Positions 1 through 10,987 are shown, counted from the stretch's first letter. The stretch is 64,000 nucleotides of DNA from Candidatus Bathyarchaeota archaeon (GCA_963739305.1 CAVTZU010000024.1:1-64000); one strand, 5' to 3'. The notes: generated from the letters alone by a model not told the origin. Numbers and translations: made by a program.

Positions 1-756
1 CACACACCGAATTTTGAAGCATGCAAGGCTCAGTTTGACGCATCAAACTTGCTCGTCGCGAGACCTACGATTTAAGCACCGCCCATGTGAAATCAAAAGA
101 GGTAGGCTCTTTCTGACGACAAGGAATTGAAATTCAACGGTCACTTTAACAGTTCAGGAAGCAATGGAGTTTTGCCCATAGCGTTTCACTTTGATTTTCA
201 ACGATCTCTTAAATAATAGTTGGCCGGCCGAATGTTTTCATTCTTTGCCATGCATATTATGTTGGAATTTACTTTATAACTTGGATTGAAATTCATCAAG
301 CCACTTGATGTTGAAAAGGACCCCCTGCGACTCTCGAACTTGCGAATACAAGCTCGATTTAAGGGTGCAACGAATTTAAATCGTTATTACTATTAATCTT
401 TTAAGTCCTTTGACGCCTCAAAGAGTCCCCGCAGTTCTATAACCAATGGGGTCACGCAACTAACGAAGATGCTGGCCACCGTCCGCTGGACAGCGTCTGT
501 CAGGCTCGACTTTCAAACCCAGGCTACGTGCGGGCCATTACTGACGTCCTTCTCTCCATGTCATTTTATAGAGACACTAAATGCAAACTGCCACAACATC
601 GTGATCCTTAAGTGTTTCGTAAAAGACAGCCCGAATAGTACTGAGCTACAGTGTCGATTCTCTTTCCACATATTAGGCAACTGCTGAGTTCATATCCCTG
701 TCTTCAAACATAAAACGGAACACGCTAATAGCTAGTTCTCGCAAGGTTTTTCCGAC

Positions 757-1023
757 TCAGCCGCGCGGTCGTTCTTTGAGGATTTTCAAAAGGCGACGAC
801 CCCGATCGGTGATCTCATAAAATACGAGTGGAGGCCTTTCTTCGCGCATGACCGTTCTCTTCACCAGTTCCTCCTCTACGAGAATCAAGAGCCTATCCGC
901 CAGAGTTTGTCGGCTTATACGGGAGGACCCTACCTTAATCGCTGCAAGCTGGTTGAAACGTTTCTTGCTTTCATGTAAACACTCTAGGATTTCTCTGACG
1001 CCCTTTGGCCACAGACTGGGCAT
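757..1023 (-). CDS. HxlR/MarR-type winged-helix transcriptional regulator
   Basis: 88 aa; KRFNQL...ISRQTLADRLLILVEEELVKR...PPLVFYEITDRGRRL matches the HxlR wHTH pattern; divergent from the element's main operon. Confidence 0.8.
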   Translation of the reverse strand: MPSLWPKGVREILECLHESKKRFNQLAAIKVGSSRISRQTLADRLLILVEEELVKRTVMREERPPLVFYEITDRGRRLLKILKERPRG

Positions 1024-1177
1024 GTTCGCACCACGCTCGCGCGACGTATAGACTACTTCATGAGCTTATAATTCTTCCTGATAACGGCAATCAGAGATGT
1101 GAACCAACAGTCTTAATAGGGTCTACTTACACTGACTACGTCAGGAAAACTGGACTACTCAAAAGGTTTGAGAAAGA

Positions 1178-1329
1178 TGAGCAACGTGATAAGATCTGTG
1201 CCAACTCGAGCCATTCGAAGCGCACGTGCTAAACCAGGAGTTGAAATGTTGAAAATGCGCAAAATTGTCCGAGTAATTGAAGACGTAACAGAAACGCTAA
1301 AGGAGGTGCAAACGTGCAGAAAGAGCTGA
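1178..1329 (+). CDS. Small hypothetical protein (~50 aa) leading the element operon
   Basis: Hand-translated MSNVIRSVPTRAIRSARAKPGVEMLKMRKIVRVIEDVTETLKEVQTCRKS*; overlaps the next gene and contains its SD (AGGAGGTG). Confidence 0.35.
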
Positions 1330-2277
1330 AAACAGTTCCCGCCAATAAGATTCATCAGTCCGCAATTCTTCCGCCGAGAGAGCATGGTACAGAAATCTCA
1401 GATTCAGTGAAAAAAACGGGCCTTCAGACAGCGATAATCGTTCGTTTGATCCAACAGAAGCCCGATGAATACGAAGTAATCGACGGTAGCGGCAGACTCG
1501 AAGCCTTGCGTGGTGATGACGAAGTTCTTGTGGACGTAAGGTGTGTCACAGATGCGCAGGTGTTCGCGATCAGCAATTCGACTTTCCAACGAAAAGACCG
1601 AACAGCCTACGAGGTTTCTCAATTCTACGCGGCATGGCTCAAAGTGCTTGAAAAGGAGAAGGGCCAAGTCGAGGGGCTTCAACAGGAGTTGGCCGACCAG
1701 GCAAATCTCAGCGAGAGCTCCCTGTCTCAATTCATCGCCATAGCCAGACTTTTCGACAAACTGCAGCAAGTTGCCCCAAAGGAACCATTCGAGAAGTTAA
1801 AAACGTGGAGTATCAACAAACTTTACAAACTTTCAGAGTTAGTCGACGATGACAGACTGATAGATGCTGCAAGATTCTTCGATATGAAATTCGAGACTTC
1901 ACCCGAAGAAGTCGCGGAGTCCGTCGCCGACTATCGAAGAGAGAATATGGGACGAAACAACCACAGACCAGCAGAACTCCGACTCTGGACAAGCACAATC
2001 ATCCGCATCTCCTGTGCACCCAGCAATGAATTTCTCAGCTGGACCCAAGAATATCTGCCTCAGAAACGCCAAGAGAGTCGGTTCGCTGGCTGCAGAAACG
2101 CATGACATGCTGAACGGCCTCGTCCAAGAGCTTGAGCAAGATGTCGACCGATTTTCTTCCGACGAGGTTTTGCAGATGCTCAACCGCCTCCTTCGAACAT
2201 TGAAGAAACTCAAAAAACACTCCACCGACTTGAAGGATAAAATGAGACCACCAACAAGGCAAGGGGGCCCACAGTGA
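1314..2277 (+). CDS. ParB/Srx-like N-terminal domain protein with HTH; apparently frameshifted (ORFs 1314-2105 and 2014-2277)
   Basis: SVKKTGLQTAIIVR...YEVIDGSGRLEAL is the ParB-N signature; QQELADQANLSESSLSQFI is an HTH; strong SD before GTG 1314; C-terminal helical part continues in another frame. Confidence 0.7.
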
Positions 2278-2990
2278 AGAAGAAACGCTTTGTTTTTCCA
2301 TGGGAGAGTATGGCCACTCTGACCTGTCCACATTGCAAGAGGGAGATCCAGACACTTCCACTGTGGCCGTGGGAGAAACCGGAAGACAAGATCAGAGAGC
2401 TTCAACCCTTCTTTTGTCATACGATAGATGCATCACTCATCAAACAGGCACCGGTGCTAAGCGAAAACGACGTGAAATGCGCACAGAAATTGAAAGAGTT
2501 CAAAAGGGAATTCGTAGACGAGCGCGGAGAACTGAAAACTGATGAGGCCATACAGGCGTTGTTCTCCGCTGAAAAAGGGCCCCCTGAAATCTTCTTGAAG
2601 CATGGTGCATTTCCCTTGTTGAGCTTATTCACGGAAACCAGTCTCAAGGTTCTGTACATCTTCCTGTGCTTGGATCCGACACAACGACCATACCAGAAGT
2701 TCTTCTTGTAATGCATGAAAACGTCAAACGCTAGCATTTCGACGATCATAAAAAAGCTAAGGAAATGGAAATTGGTGGTGGCTTACAAGGCCACGGCTAC
2801 GGGCAGGGCAAATGGCAGACAACTATGTTATGGTTTGAGCACCGTCGCGCGGCAAAGGCTTGACAAGGACCTTACGGAGTGTGACTTCTTTCGCGAAACT
2901 GTGAGAAGAACCGTTAGACCGATTGCCCTAAGCTATTCCCAGATCCATTGGAGATCAGACATCGGATTGTTGAAAAGAGAAAACGAGTAG
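2274..2990 (+). CDS. Hypothetical protein with N-terminal CxxC and C-terminal winged helix, split by an in-frame TAA at 2709-2711
   Basis: ORFs 2274-2711 and 2715-2990 are in the same frame; TSNASISTIIKKLRKWKLV...YGLS is wHTH-like. Confidence 0.5.
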
Positions 2991-3073
2991 GTCGTTGAAC
3001 GATGAGGTTAAGCAAACGTGTGCAAGCGAAAGAAATCACTCGAAACTGACGCGCAGGCTACTTTATCGGAGGG

Positions 3074-3379
3074 ATGAATGAAATGGCTGAAGGAGAGGCT
3101 GGTTCTCACAAAGATAACCCATCTGATGATCTCGGCTCGAAGCCACCTGAAGAGTCCGAGTCCCCGACCCTTCCGCAGCCTATCACTCAGCAATGCCGAT
3201 GCCCTCAGTGTGGGTCAGCCAACGTCTACAAGTCTGGATTCAGATACCTGACAAATGGTGAGAGGGTTCAGCTTTTCTTCTGCAAAATCTGCTCCTACCG
3301 ATTCTCCCAGCCCAAGGAAAAGCTACGCGTCGCCAGTCAACCTGTCGAAAACACAAAGTCGCGCGGAGAACCATCCTGA
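3074..3379 (+). CDS. Zn-ribbon protein (IS1 InsA-like CxxC...CxxC) directly upstream of the integrase
   Basis: CPQCGSANVYKSGFRYLTNGERVQLFFCKICSYRFS. Confidence 0.6.
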   Translation: MNEMAEGEAGSHKDNPSDDLGSKPPEESESPTLPQPITQQCRCPQCGSANVYKSGFRYLTNGERVQLFFCKICSYRFSQPKEKLRVASQPVENTKSRGEPS

Positions 3380-3489
3380 AAGAGCTATAGCCCCACGCGA
3401 AGTCACCAACGAGGAAAAGCGCTATATGGTCTCGCTTCCTTACAATGACACGCGGCAAGTATGCGCCCTCGAAACAAGGGGCGAAAAAC

Positions 3490-4458
3490 TTGACTGAAAC
3501 AACCCGACAAGAAACGGCCCAGCGGGAGGGCACAACGCCACTAAGCCAGCAGAAGATCGTTGAATACATCTGGTACATGAAGAAAAACGGACGCAAAGAA
3601 ATCACAATTGGCGGCAGAGTCAAACTCATCAAAAGGCTCACGAGGTTGGGAGCCGACCTGTACGACCCCGAAAGCGTCAAGCGAGTCATCGCGGAACAGA
3701 CATGGAGCGACGGAAGAAAGGACCTGGCCTGCGACGCCTACACGACGTTCCTAGCGATGAACGGCGGAACATGGCAACGCCCAACCTACAAGCACGTGGA
3801 CAAGGAGCCCTTCATACCTCAGCCTTCAGAGGTGAAACAGCTGATAGCGGGGTGCAGCCCACGGATGGCATGCTTCCTCCAGACGCTCTCGGAGACGGCA
3901 ATGCGCCCCGGAGAACTCTGGCAGCTGTGCTGGTCAGACTACGACCAGCCCACGAGAACCCTGAAGGTCACGCCCGAAAAAGGCTCGAAGTCCGGAACCT
4001 ACAGAGTCTCGAAAGAGCTCGCACAGATGATTGAAGCCCTACCGAGAAAGTACGGCGAGAGAATGTTCTCAACGCCCAATATGCGCCTGGAACACCACAG
4101 CCTCAACTTCACCCACCAACGGAAAAGAATAGCGTTCAAGCTCAAGAACCCCAGGCTGCTGCGCATAAGCTTCAGAACGCTCCGCCACTTCAGAGGAACG
4201 ATGGAAGCCTGGCGAACAAGGGACCCCTTCCACGTCCAACAGTTCCTCCGACACAGAAACATCAATAACACCATGCGATACATCCACCTTGCCCAGGTGC
4301 TGTTCAAGAACGAACAGGAATGCATCACAAAGGTAGCTCACAACGTCAACGAAGCCTGCGCTCTCATCGAGGGCGGATGGAAGTACCACACGGGCGAATA
4401 CGACGACGGCGGCAAGATCTTCGCAAAACCCAAAGACCCATTGGCTTCAGAGCAGTAA
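3490..4458 (+). CDS. Tyrosine recombinase/integrase
   Basis: Catalytic pattern R (AMRPGEL), K (TPEKG), RTLRH, LRHRNI, Y (TMRYI). Likely start is TTG 3490 after GGGG; ORF track starts at 3445. Confidence 0.92.
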   Translation: MTETTRQETAQREGTTPLSQQKIVEYIWYMKKNGRKEITIGGRVKLIKRLTRLGADLYDPESVKRVIAEQTWSDGRKDLACDAYTTFLAMNGGTWQRPTYKHVDKEPFIPQPSEVKQLIAGCSPRMACFLQTLSETAMRPGELWQLCWSDYDQPTRTLKVTPEKGSKSGTYRVSKELAQMIEALPRKYGERMFSTPNMRLEHHSLNFTHQRKRIAFKLKNPRLLRISFRTLRHFRGTMEAWRTRDPFHVQQFLRHRNINNTMRYIHLAQVLFKNEQECITKVAHNVNEACALIEGGWKYHTGEYDDGGKIFAKPKDPLASEQ

Positions 4459-4495
4459 ACGCTGATTCCGGGACCCCCCTCATTTTTCGACATGG

Positions 4496-4605
4496 TGGTG
4501 CGGGGGGTGGGATTTGAACCCACGAACCCCTGCGGGATAGGCTCCTGAAGCGTCCGCGTCGCTTTTTGCGACTCTACGCCTTTGGCCATGCTCGGCGACC
4601 CCCGC
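4496..4605 (-). tRNA. tRNA-Leu(CAG) with a 22-nt intron at non-canonical position 29/30 (4552-4573)
   Basis: GCGGGGG/CCCCCGC acceptor stem, A73+CCA, long variable arm, GGTTCAAATCC T-loop; removing the intron restores TAGGC-TTCAGGA-GCCTA. Confidence 0.92.
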
Positions 4606-4874
4606 TTTGCTCCTACTGAATGTCATGCGGAAATGTTTAAGAGTTACTGTAGACTTTACCGTACAAACGGTGAATAATAATGCCGACTCACGGCTCCTTG
4701 TCGAAAGCAGGGAAAGTTCGATCGCAAACGCCGAAAATTCAGGCGAACCCCAGGAAAAGCCCTAGCCCACGCTTCAGAAACAAACGCAACTACGAGAAAA
4801 GAGTTGTTCTTCAGAGGAAACCTGGACAAAACTGGGTTTAAGACTTTTATCCTGACTTCTGGATACTCGTCAGC

Positions 4875-6455
4875 ATGCAACGAGCCAGTCTCATTCTCAC
4901 GAACGCCAACGTCATCACACTAGACCCTCAAAAACCCAGAGTTCAAGCAATTGCCATTGATGCCGGGAAGATCGTTGAAGTAGGCTCAAACAGAAAAATC
5001 GTGAAGTTCAGAGGCAAAAGTACAAGAATCATTGACTGCTGTCGCAAAACCATCGTTCCAGGCTTCGTTGACTGTCACGTACACATGAAAGAACTAGGAA
5101 TTTTCTCGCAAGAACTCAACCTCAGAGACGCAAGAACGATAAAAGAAATGCAAAGAATGCTCCGTGAATACGCTGAGAAACACCCTGAAGTGGAATGGAT
5201 AACTGGAGGTCGTTGGGATCACGAGAAATTCAAGGAGAAACGTTATCCGACCCGCTGGATTCTAGACGCCGTCGTATCAGACAGACCAGTTCTACTTAAT
5301 CGTGTCTGCGGCCACCTCGCAGTTGTAAACAGCAAGGCTTTACAGCTTGCCGGAATAACGAAAAACACCAAGATAAGTGGTGGAGAGGTCGACTTGGATG
5401 AAGAGACGCGCCGACCAAACGGAATACTTCGAGACAACGCAATAGATCTCGTCTGGAAGGTTGTTCCGAGGCTTAGCAAAGAGAGAATTGAAAAAGCTTG
5501 CATGGTGGCGTGTGAGAAAGCAGTCGAGGCAGGGCTCACGGGCGTCCACTGGCTCTTGGCTTCGGCTGAGGAAATGCAGATTCTGCAGAAAATGTACAGA
5601 GACCAGACACTTCCGCTAAGAATCATCGTTGGCATTCCTGACCGATTGCTCGATGAAGTCGTCGCTCTCGGGTTGCTCAGTGGCTTTGGAAACGAAATGC
5701 TCAAAATAGGCTTCATTAAGATACTCGCCGACGGCTCCTTAGGAGCGCAAACGGCCGCGATGGAAAAAACATATTCGGACAACCCAAGAAAACGGGGCAT
5801 GATGCTCCATTCACGAAAGAAACTTCGCCAACTTGTCATGAATGCACACGTGAATGGTTGGCAGCTCGGCGTTCATGCCATTGGCGACCGTGCAATAGAA
5901 GAGGTGCTTCGCGCCTATGAGGAAGCATTGAAGAAAGCGCCGAGAAAAGATCACAGACACAGGATTGAACATTGCTCGATACTGAATCCGAAGCTGATTG
6001 GTGGCATGAAAAAGCTGGGAATTATCGCCTCCGTGCAACCTCACTTTGTCATATCTGACTCTTGGACTGTCGACCGCGTAGGCAAAGAAAGATCTCTATG
6101 GGCATATCCTTTCAGAACTCTAGTTCAACGTGGAGTCGTCGTCGCTTCGGGTTCAGACTGTCCGGTCGAGCTCATCAACCCACTGCTCGGAGTTTGGGCT
6201 GCCGTTGCGAGAATAGACAAGTTGAATGAGCGACTCACGGTCGAAGAAGCTTTGAAGACATACACTGTGAATGCAGCCTACGCTTCTTTTGACGAGGACA
6301 AGAAAGGAACTGTTGAGAAAGGAAAATTCGCAGACCTAACCATCCTCTCACACGATCCGACCAAGATCTCACCGAGCAAAATACGAGACATCTCGGTTGA
6401 AATGGTGATAGTGGGCGGAAAAGTCGTCTATTCAAAAAAACAAGGCAAACATTGA
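4875..6455 (+). CDS. Metal-dependent amidohydrolase (YtcJ/amidohydrolase-3 family)
   Basis: PGFVDCHVH, KILADGSLG, HAIGD, RIEHC, GSDCPV motifs. Confidence 0.92.
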   Translation: MQRASLILTNANVITLDPQKPRVQAIAIDAGKIVEVGSNRKIVKFRGKSTRIIDCCRKTIVPGFVDCHVHMKELGIFSQELNLRDARTIKEMQRMLREYAEKHPEVEWITGGRWDHEKFKEKRYPTRWILDAVVSDRPVLLNRVCGHLAVVNSKALQLAGITKNTKISGGEVDLDEETRRPNGILRDNAIDLVWKVVPRLSKERIEKACMVACEKAVEAGLTGVHWLLASAEEMQILQKMYRDQTLPLRIIVGIPDRLLDEVVALGLLSGFGNEMLKIGFIKILADGSLGAQTAAMEKTYSDNPRKRGMMLHSRKKLRQLVMNAHVNGWQLGVHAIGDRAIEEVLRAYEEALKKAPRKDHRHRIEHCSILNPKLIGGMKKLGIIASVQPHFVISDSWTVDRVGKERSLWAYPFRTLVQRGVVVASGSDCPVELINPLLGVWAAVARIDKLNERLTVEEALKTYTVNAAYASFDEDKKGTVEKGKFADLTILSHDPTKISPSKIRDISVEMVIVGGKVVYSKKQGKH

Positions 6456-6532
6456 TTCGTTGTCACATAGCGCACTAGAACATAGTTCCAGAAATCATAT
6501 CTGTTAATTGAACCGAACAACATTGAGGAGAA

Positions 6533-9292
6533 ATGCGCAGGGGATTCGTTTTTGGAATAGTACTGGTTGTTTTGTTGGCAGGGTCACTTATGTCGGCCTT
6601 CGAAATCATTCCCGTCAAATCAACCGGAACCATTTACATTAGAGCGGACGGCTCGATAGACCCGCCAACGTCCCCAATCGAGACCAATGACAAAATCCTT
6701 TACGTTCTTTCGAGTGACATCAACGGATCTATCACCGTTGAGAGAAACGGCGTGACAATTGACGGAAAAGGACACACACTCCAAAGCTCCGGAGACCAGA
6801 ACGGCATTTCGATATCCAGCGTGAATGGAGTTACACTAAGAAACACATGCATCAAAGGGTTCAACTACGGCATCTACACGCAAGCTTCTCACTATGACAC
6901 AATAAATGGAAACAATATAACAGCAAGCAAGGGTGCAGGAATCTATCTATACTACTCTTACAACAACAACATTACTAGAAACATGCTGTCAGGCTCGGGC
7001 ACGTCCAGCTTCGGAGGCCTTCGACTCAACTGTGCAAGCTACAACAACATCACTGGAAACAACATCGAATCAAACAACTACGGAATCTACTTCTACGATT
7101 CCGAGTCCAATCAGATCTCTGACAACAACCTCATGAACAACTCACGCAATGCATATGGAGCATGGGACATGTCGTTCACCTCTCCCGGAAACATTTGGAA
7201 CGATAGCTATCCATTTGGCGGCAACTACTGGACGGACTACAATGGCATAGACCTCTACAGCGGCGTATCTCAGAACGAAACTGGCAGCGATGGAACAGGA
7301 GATACACCCAAATTAATCCAGGTTGACGATTTCTCCCAGAGTTTTCCAGCTGTCTTTTACGAACTCGACAACTATCCACTAATGAAACCTTGGATGCCGT
7401 ACGACAATGGAACGATTCGCATCAAGGCTGATGGAAGCGTAGACCCTTCAGGAGCACCGATTCAACGCAAAGGAGATTTCTACACTTTGTACGATGACAT
7501 AAACAGCGATTCTGACGGGATAATCGTTGAGAAGAACGGCACAACTTTGGACGTGATAGGCAATACGATTCTAGGCAATGGAAACGGAAACGGCATAACT
7601 GTCAAATCAAATGCAGAACGTTACGCTCCTCAACGCAAAAGTCGAAGCCTTCCAAAACGGAATCAGTATCCAAAACTCCTCATACATCAAGATCATTGGA
7701 AACAACGTAACGTCCAGCGTGGCAGATGGAATCTACCTCTCGGGAGGAGAATAGTTCAATCATCACAAACAATGCGATCACAAAAAGCGGAAACAGCGAT
7801 GTCAGATTGTGCTCGACAAATGGCGATTCGGTGTCTTACAATATTCTGACCAATTCTTCATGCGGCATGAGCCTGGAGAAATCAAACAACAACTCAGTGC
7901 TGAACAACGATCTGACTTTGAACGACAATGGTCTAATGCTTTTCCGTTCTTCGAGCAACAACCTTGCTGGAAACATCGCTGAAAACAACACTCGCGGCGT
8001 CAATCTTCAGTCATCGCCGAGCAATACTTTGACTACCAACATTATGGCTGGAAACACATACAGTTTTGGTGTTTTTGGCGAATCCTTGATGGACTTCATG
8101 AATTCAATTGACGCTTCAAACTATGTGGATGGTAAACCAGTTTTCTACGTCCTAAACGAAAGCAACGTGGTAGCAGATTCCGAAGCTGGATACTTAGGGT
8201 TCATAAACTGCAGAAACATAACAGTTAAAGGCCTGACTTTGGAAAACAACATCAACGGCCTCCTTCTAGCATACACCTCTAATTCAACAATCGTTGGAAA
8301 CTATGTAACAAAAAACCAGTTTGGAATTTGTCTTAGCAACTCTTCAAACAACTTGCTGATTGAAAACACAGTGTCAGACAATGACTGCGGAGTCTGCTTC
8401 AACCGATCATCAACAAACAGCATATTGGACAACAGTATTGCAAACAACGGATATGGCATCTTCTTTTCAGAATCGTTGAGAAACGACGTAGCCCGAAACG
8501 ACATGATCGGCAACCACGTCTGTATGAACCTTTCTGCCTCTTCAAACAACCTCATCTATCACAACAATTTTACGAGCAACGAAATACAGCCCAGCTCTAG
8601 CCTGCGACTGTCCAAACGCGTGGGATAACGGATATCCTTTCGGCGGCAACTATTGGAGTAACCAACCTAGAAATGACACGCTTACTGGACCAAACCAAAA
8701 TGAGACTGGCAGCGATGGAATATGTGACACGCCTTACAATGTCAATGCAAACAACACAGACAGATACCCTCTTATGCGCCCTTGGACTCCGCCTGAAATT
8801 GTGGTGAAAGACCTGCAAACCTCAAAAGCCATCCTCGGTAGGGGATACGCAGAAGCAGTGAACGTGAGTTTTGAAAACCTGGGTGGAAAGATTGAAGCAT
8901 TCATTGCTACGATCTACGCCAACTCAACTCTGATTTATTCAGAACAATTCACAATAGGAATGGCTAATCTTACGATCAGCTTCGACTGGAACTCATCTAA
9001 ATTTGCCTATGGCGTCTACACTTTGCGCGCCTATGCAGAGCCTTGTCCAGGAGAGACTAATACCGCAAACAATAGTGCCGCGACAGGTAATCTGACCCTC
9101 ACCGTCCCAGGAGACTTGACTTGCGATTTCAGTGTCGATGTCTATGACGCCATAATTCTCGCCAGTTCCTACGGCTCCAAACCGGGCAGCTTAAATTGGA
9201 ATCCTAATTCGGACATCAATAACGACAATTTCGTTGATATCTATGATGCCCTAATCCTGGCCGGCAATTTTGGAAAGTCAGCTCAGCTCTGA
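6533..9292 (+). CDS. Secreted right-handed beta-helix (NosD/CASH-like) surface protein with Ig-like and C-terminal dockerin-like domains; split by several frameshifts
   Basis: Signal peptide, Asn-rich GIxL..SxNNxIxxN repeats, duplicated GGNYW..NETGSDG.GDTP module, C-terminal GD...DVYDAIILA...DINND..VDIYD. Spread over ORFs 6533-7849, 7726-8628 and 8774-9292. Confidence 0.8.
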
Positions 9293-9375
9293 ACTGGGCA
9301 TTTCCAAGCCCTCGAGTGTTTCTGCATCTATCGGATGATTTAAGAACCTTGAACACTTTGTGCAATTAGTCAGCA

Positions 9376-10986
9376 GTGGCTGCTATGAACTTGGACGAAG
9401 ACAAACCAATGCGAGAAATAATTCAGACCCTGATGAAACAGCCGAAACCTACATATAACGACTTACACAATGCGAAAGTTCAAGCAGCAACCAAGTTCCA
9501 GCTCAACAGAATTCCGTCAAACTCGGAGATCATTCTCGGCCTCAAAAGTGACGAGAAACGAAAACTCTTGCCAATTCTCAGACGAAAAACCACGCGGACA
9601 ATATCAGGTGTCACGATTGTCGCGGTGATGACTAAGCCATACCCGTGTCCACAAGACGAACCTTGCGCCTATTGTCCAGGTGGGCCAGAATATGGTGTCC
9701 CTCAAAGTTACACGGGCTACGAACCAGCAACAATGCGCGGAATTCAAAACAAATTTGACCCATACCTGCAAGTAAGGACACGAATCGAACAGCTGAAGGC
9801 CATAGGACACAAAGTTGACAAAATAGAACTCATCATAATGGGAGGGACTTTCCCATCAACTCCCACGGACTATCAGACTGGGTTTATTCAACGTTGTCTC
9901 GAAGCAATCACAGAAAAGAAATCAGCAAGCTTGAAAGAAGCAAAAAAGAACGCTGAAAGAAGCAAAACACGCAACGTTGGAATAACCGTTGAAACCCGCC
10001 CAGATTGGGCCAAGCAAACCCACGTTGACAGAATGCTGGAAATGGGTGTCACACGCGTGGAAATGGGCGTACAGCATCCAAGCGACAGAATCTACCGCCT
10101 CGTTGGAAGAAAACACACCGTTGCAGACGTTGTTGAAGCAACTCGCATCATGAAAGACGCAGGACTCAAAATCGTCTACCATATGATGCCTGGAATTCCT
10201 GGGTCAGACCGTGAAAAAGACCTTCAAGCTTTCAGAAAAATCTTCTGCGATCCGCGATTCAAGCCTGACATGATCAAAATCTACCCATGCCTCGTCTTGA
10301 AAGGGACCAAGGCTTTCGACTGGTATACGCAGGGCAGTTACAATCCCTACACAACAAGTGAGGCAGCTGATCTCATAAAGGAGGTTAAGAAAATGACCCC
10401 GCCTTGGATCCGAATAATGCGAGTTCAACGTGACATCCCAGCGCGGCTGATAGAAGCAGGCGTCAAAAAAAGCAACCTTCGACAAATTGTTCAGAACCAA
10501 CTCCAAAAAGAAGCTGCAGAATGTCGGTGCATCCGCTGCAGGGAAGTTGGCCACAAGACAATAAACTCAGGCGTGAACGTTGATCCCGAAAGGGTTCAAA
10601 TCGTTGACACAAGATACAAAGCTTCTGAAGGTCAAGAGATCTTTCTCTCAGCAGAGGACCCCGTCAACGACGCCATCATTGGTTACCTGAGACTGCGAGT
10701 CCCATCAGCACACGCTCATCGACCGGAAATCAAAGCAGCACCATGCACGCTCGTAAGAGAGCTGCACATCTACGGTTCTCTCGTCCCCGTCGGAAAACAC
10801 TTGGCAAAGGCCTGGCAACACAAAGGTTATGGGGGCATCCTTCTCTCCGAGGCCGAACGCATTACTCAGGAGAACTACAGTTTTAAGAAGATTTCAGTCA
10901 TAAGTGCTCTCGGCACAAAACAATACTATAGAAGATTCGGCTACAGTTATGACGGTGTCTACATGTCCAAAGTGTTGGAGGATTAA
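9376..10986 (+). CDS. elp3: tRNA uridine(34) acetyltransferase Elp3 (radical SAM + KAT)
   Basis: CPQDEPCAYCPGG, GITVETRPD, CRCIRCREVG, RELHIYG, WQHKGYG. Confidence 0.96.
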   Translation: MAAMNLDEDKPMREIIQTLMKQPKPTYNDLHNAKVQAATKFQLNRIPSNSEIILGLKSDEKRKLLPILRRKTTRTISGVTIVAVMTKPYPCPQDEPCAYCPGGPEYGVPQSYTGYEPATMRGIQNKFDPYLQVRTRIEQLKAIGHKVDKIELIIMGGTFPSTPTDYQTGFIQRCLEAITEKKSASLKEAKKNAERSKTRNVGITVETRPDWAKQTHVDRMLEMGVTRVEMGVQHPSDRIYRLVGRKHTVADVVEATRIMKDAGLKIVYHMMPGIPGSDREKDLQAFRKIFCDPRFKPDMIKIYPCLVLKGTKAFDWYTQGSYNPYTTSEAADLIKEVKKMTPPWIRIMRVQRDIPARLIEAGVKKSNLRQIVQNQLQKEAAECRCIRCREVGHKTINSGVNVDPERVQIVDTRYKASEGQEIFLSAEDPVNDAIIGYLRLRVPSAHAHRPEIKAAPCTLVRELHIYGSLVPVGKHLAKAWQHKGYGGILLSEAERITQENYSFKKISVISALGTKQYYRRFGYSYDGVYMSKVLED

Positions 10987-10987
10987 A

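Larger units (their letters stand above)
1..4495. mobile_element. Right-hand part of an integrative element inserted at the 3' end of tRNA-Leu; the other boundary lies outside the window
   Basis: Tyrosine integrase ends 37 bp from the tRNA CCA end and converges on it. Upstream cargo is a regulator, a ParB-like gene, a wHTH gene and a Zn-ribbon ORF. No second att copy seen in the window. Confidence 0.75.

Noticed and set aside
1-750. Possible genes at the window start, including ORF 469-687
   Set aside because: No recognisable motifs or long frames; AT-rich or degraded element sequence.
2709-2714. Stop-codon readthrough (Pyl/Sec) in the wHTH gene
   Set aside because: The stop is TAA, not TAG or TGA; mutation or sequencing error is more likely.
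4320-4589. ORFs overlapping the integrase end and tRNA-Leu
   Set aside because: Shadow frames over a clear tRNA and the integrase.
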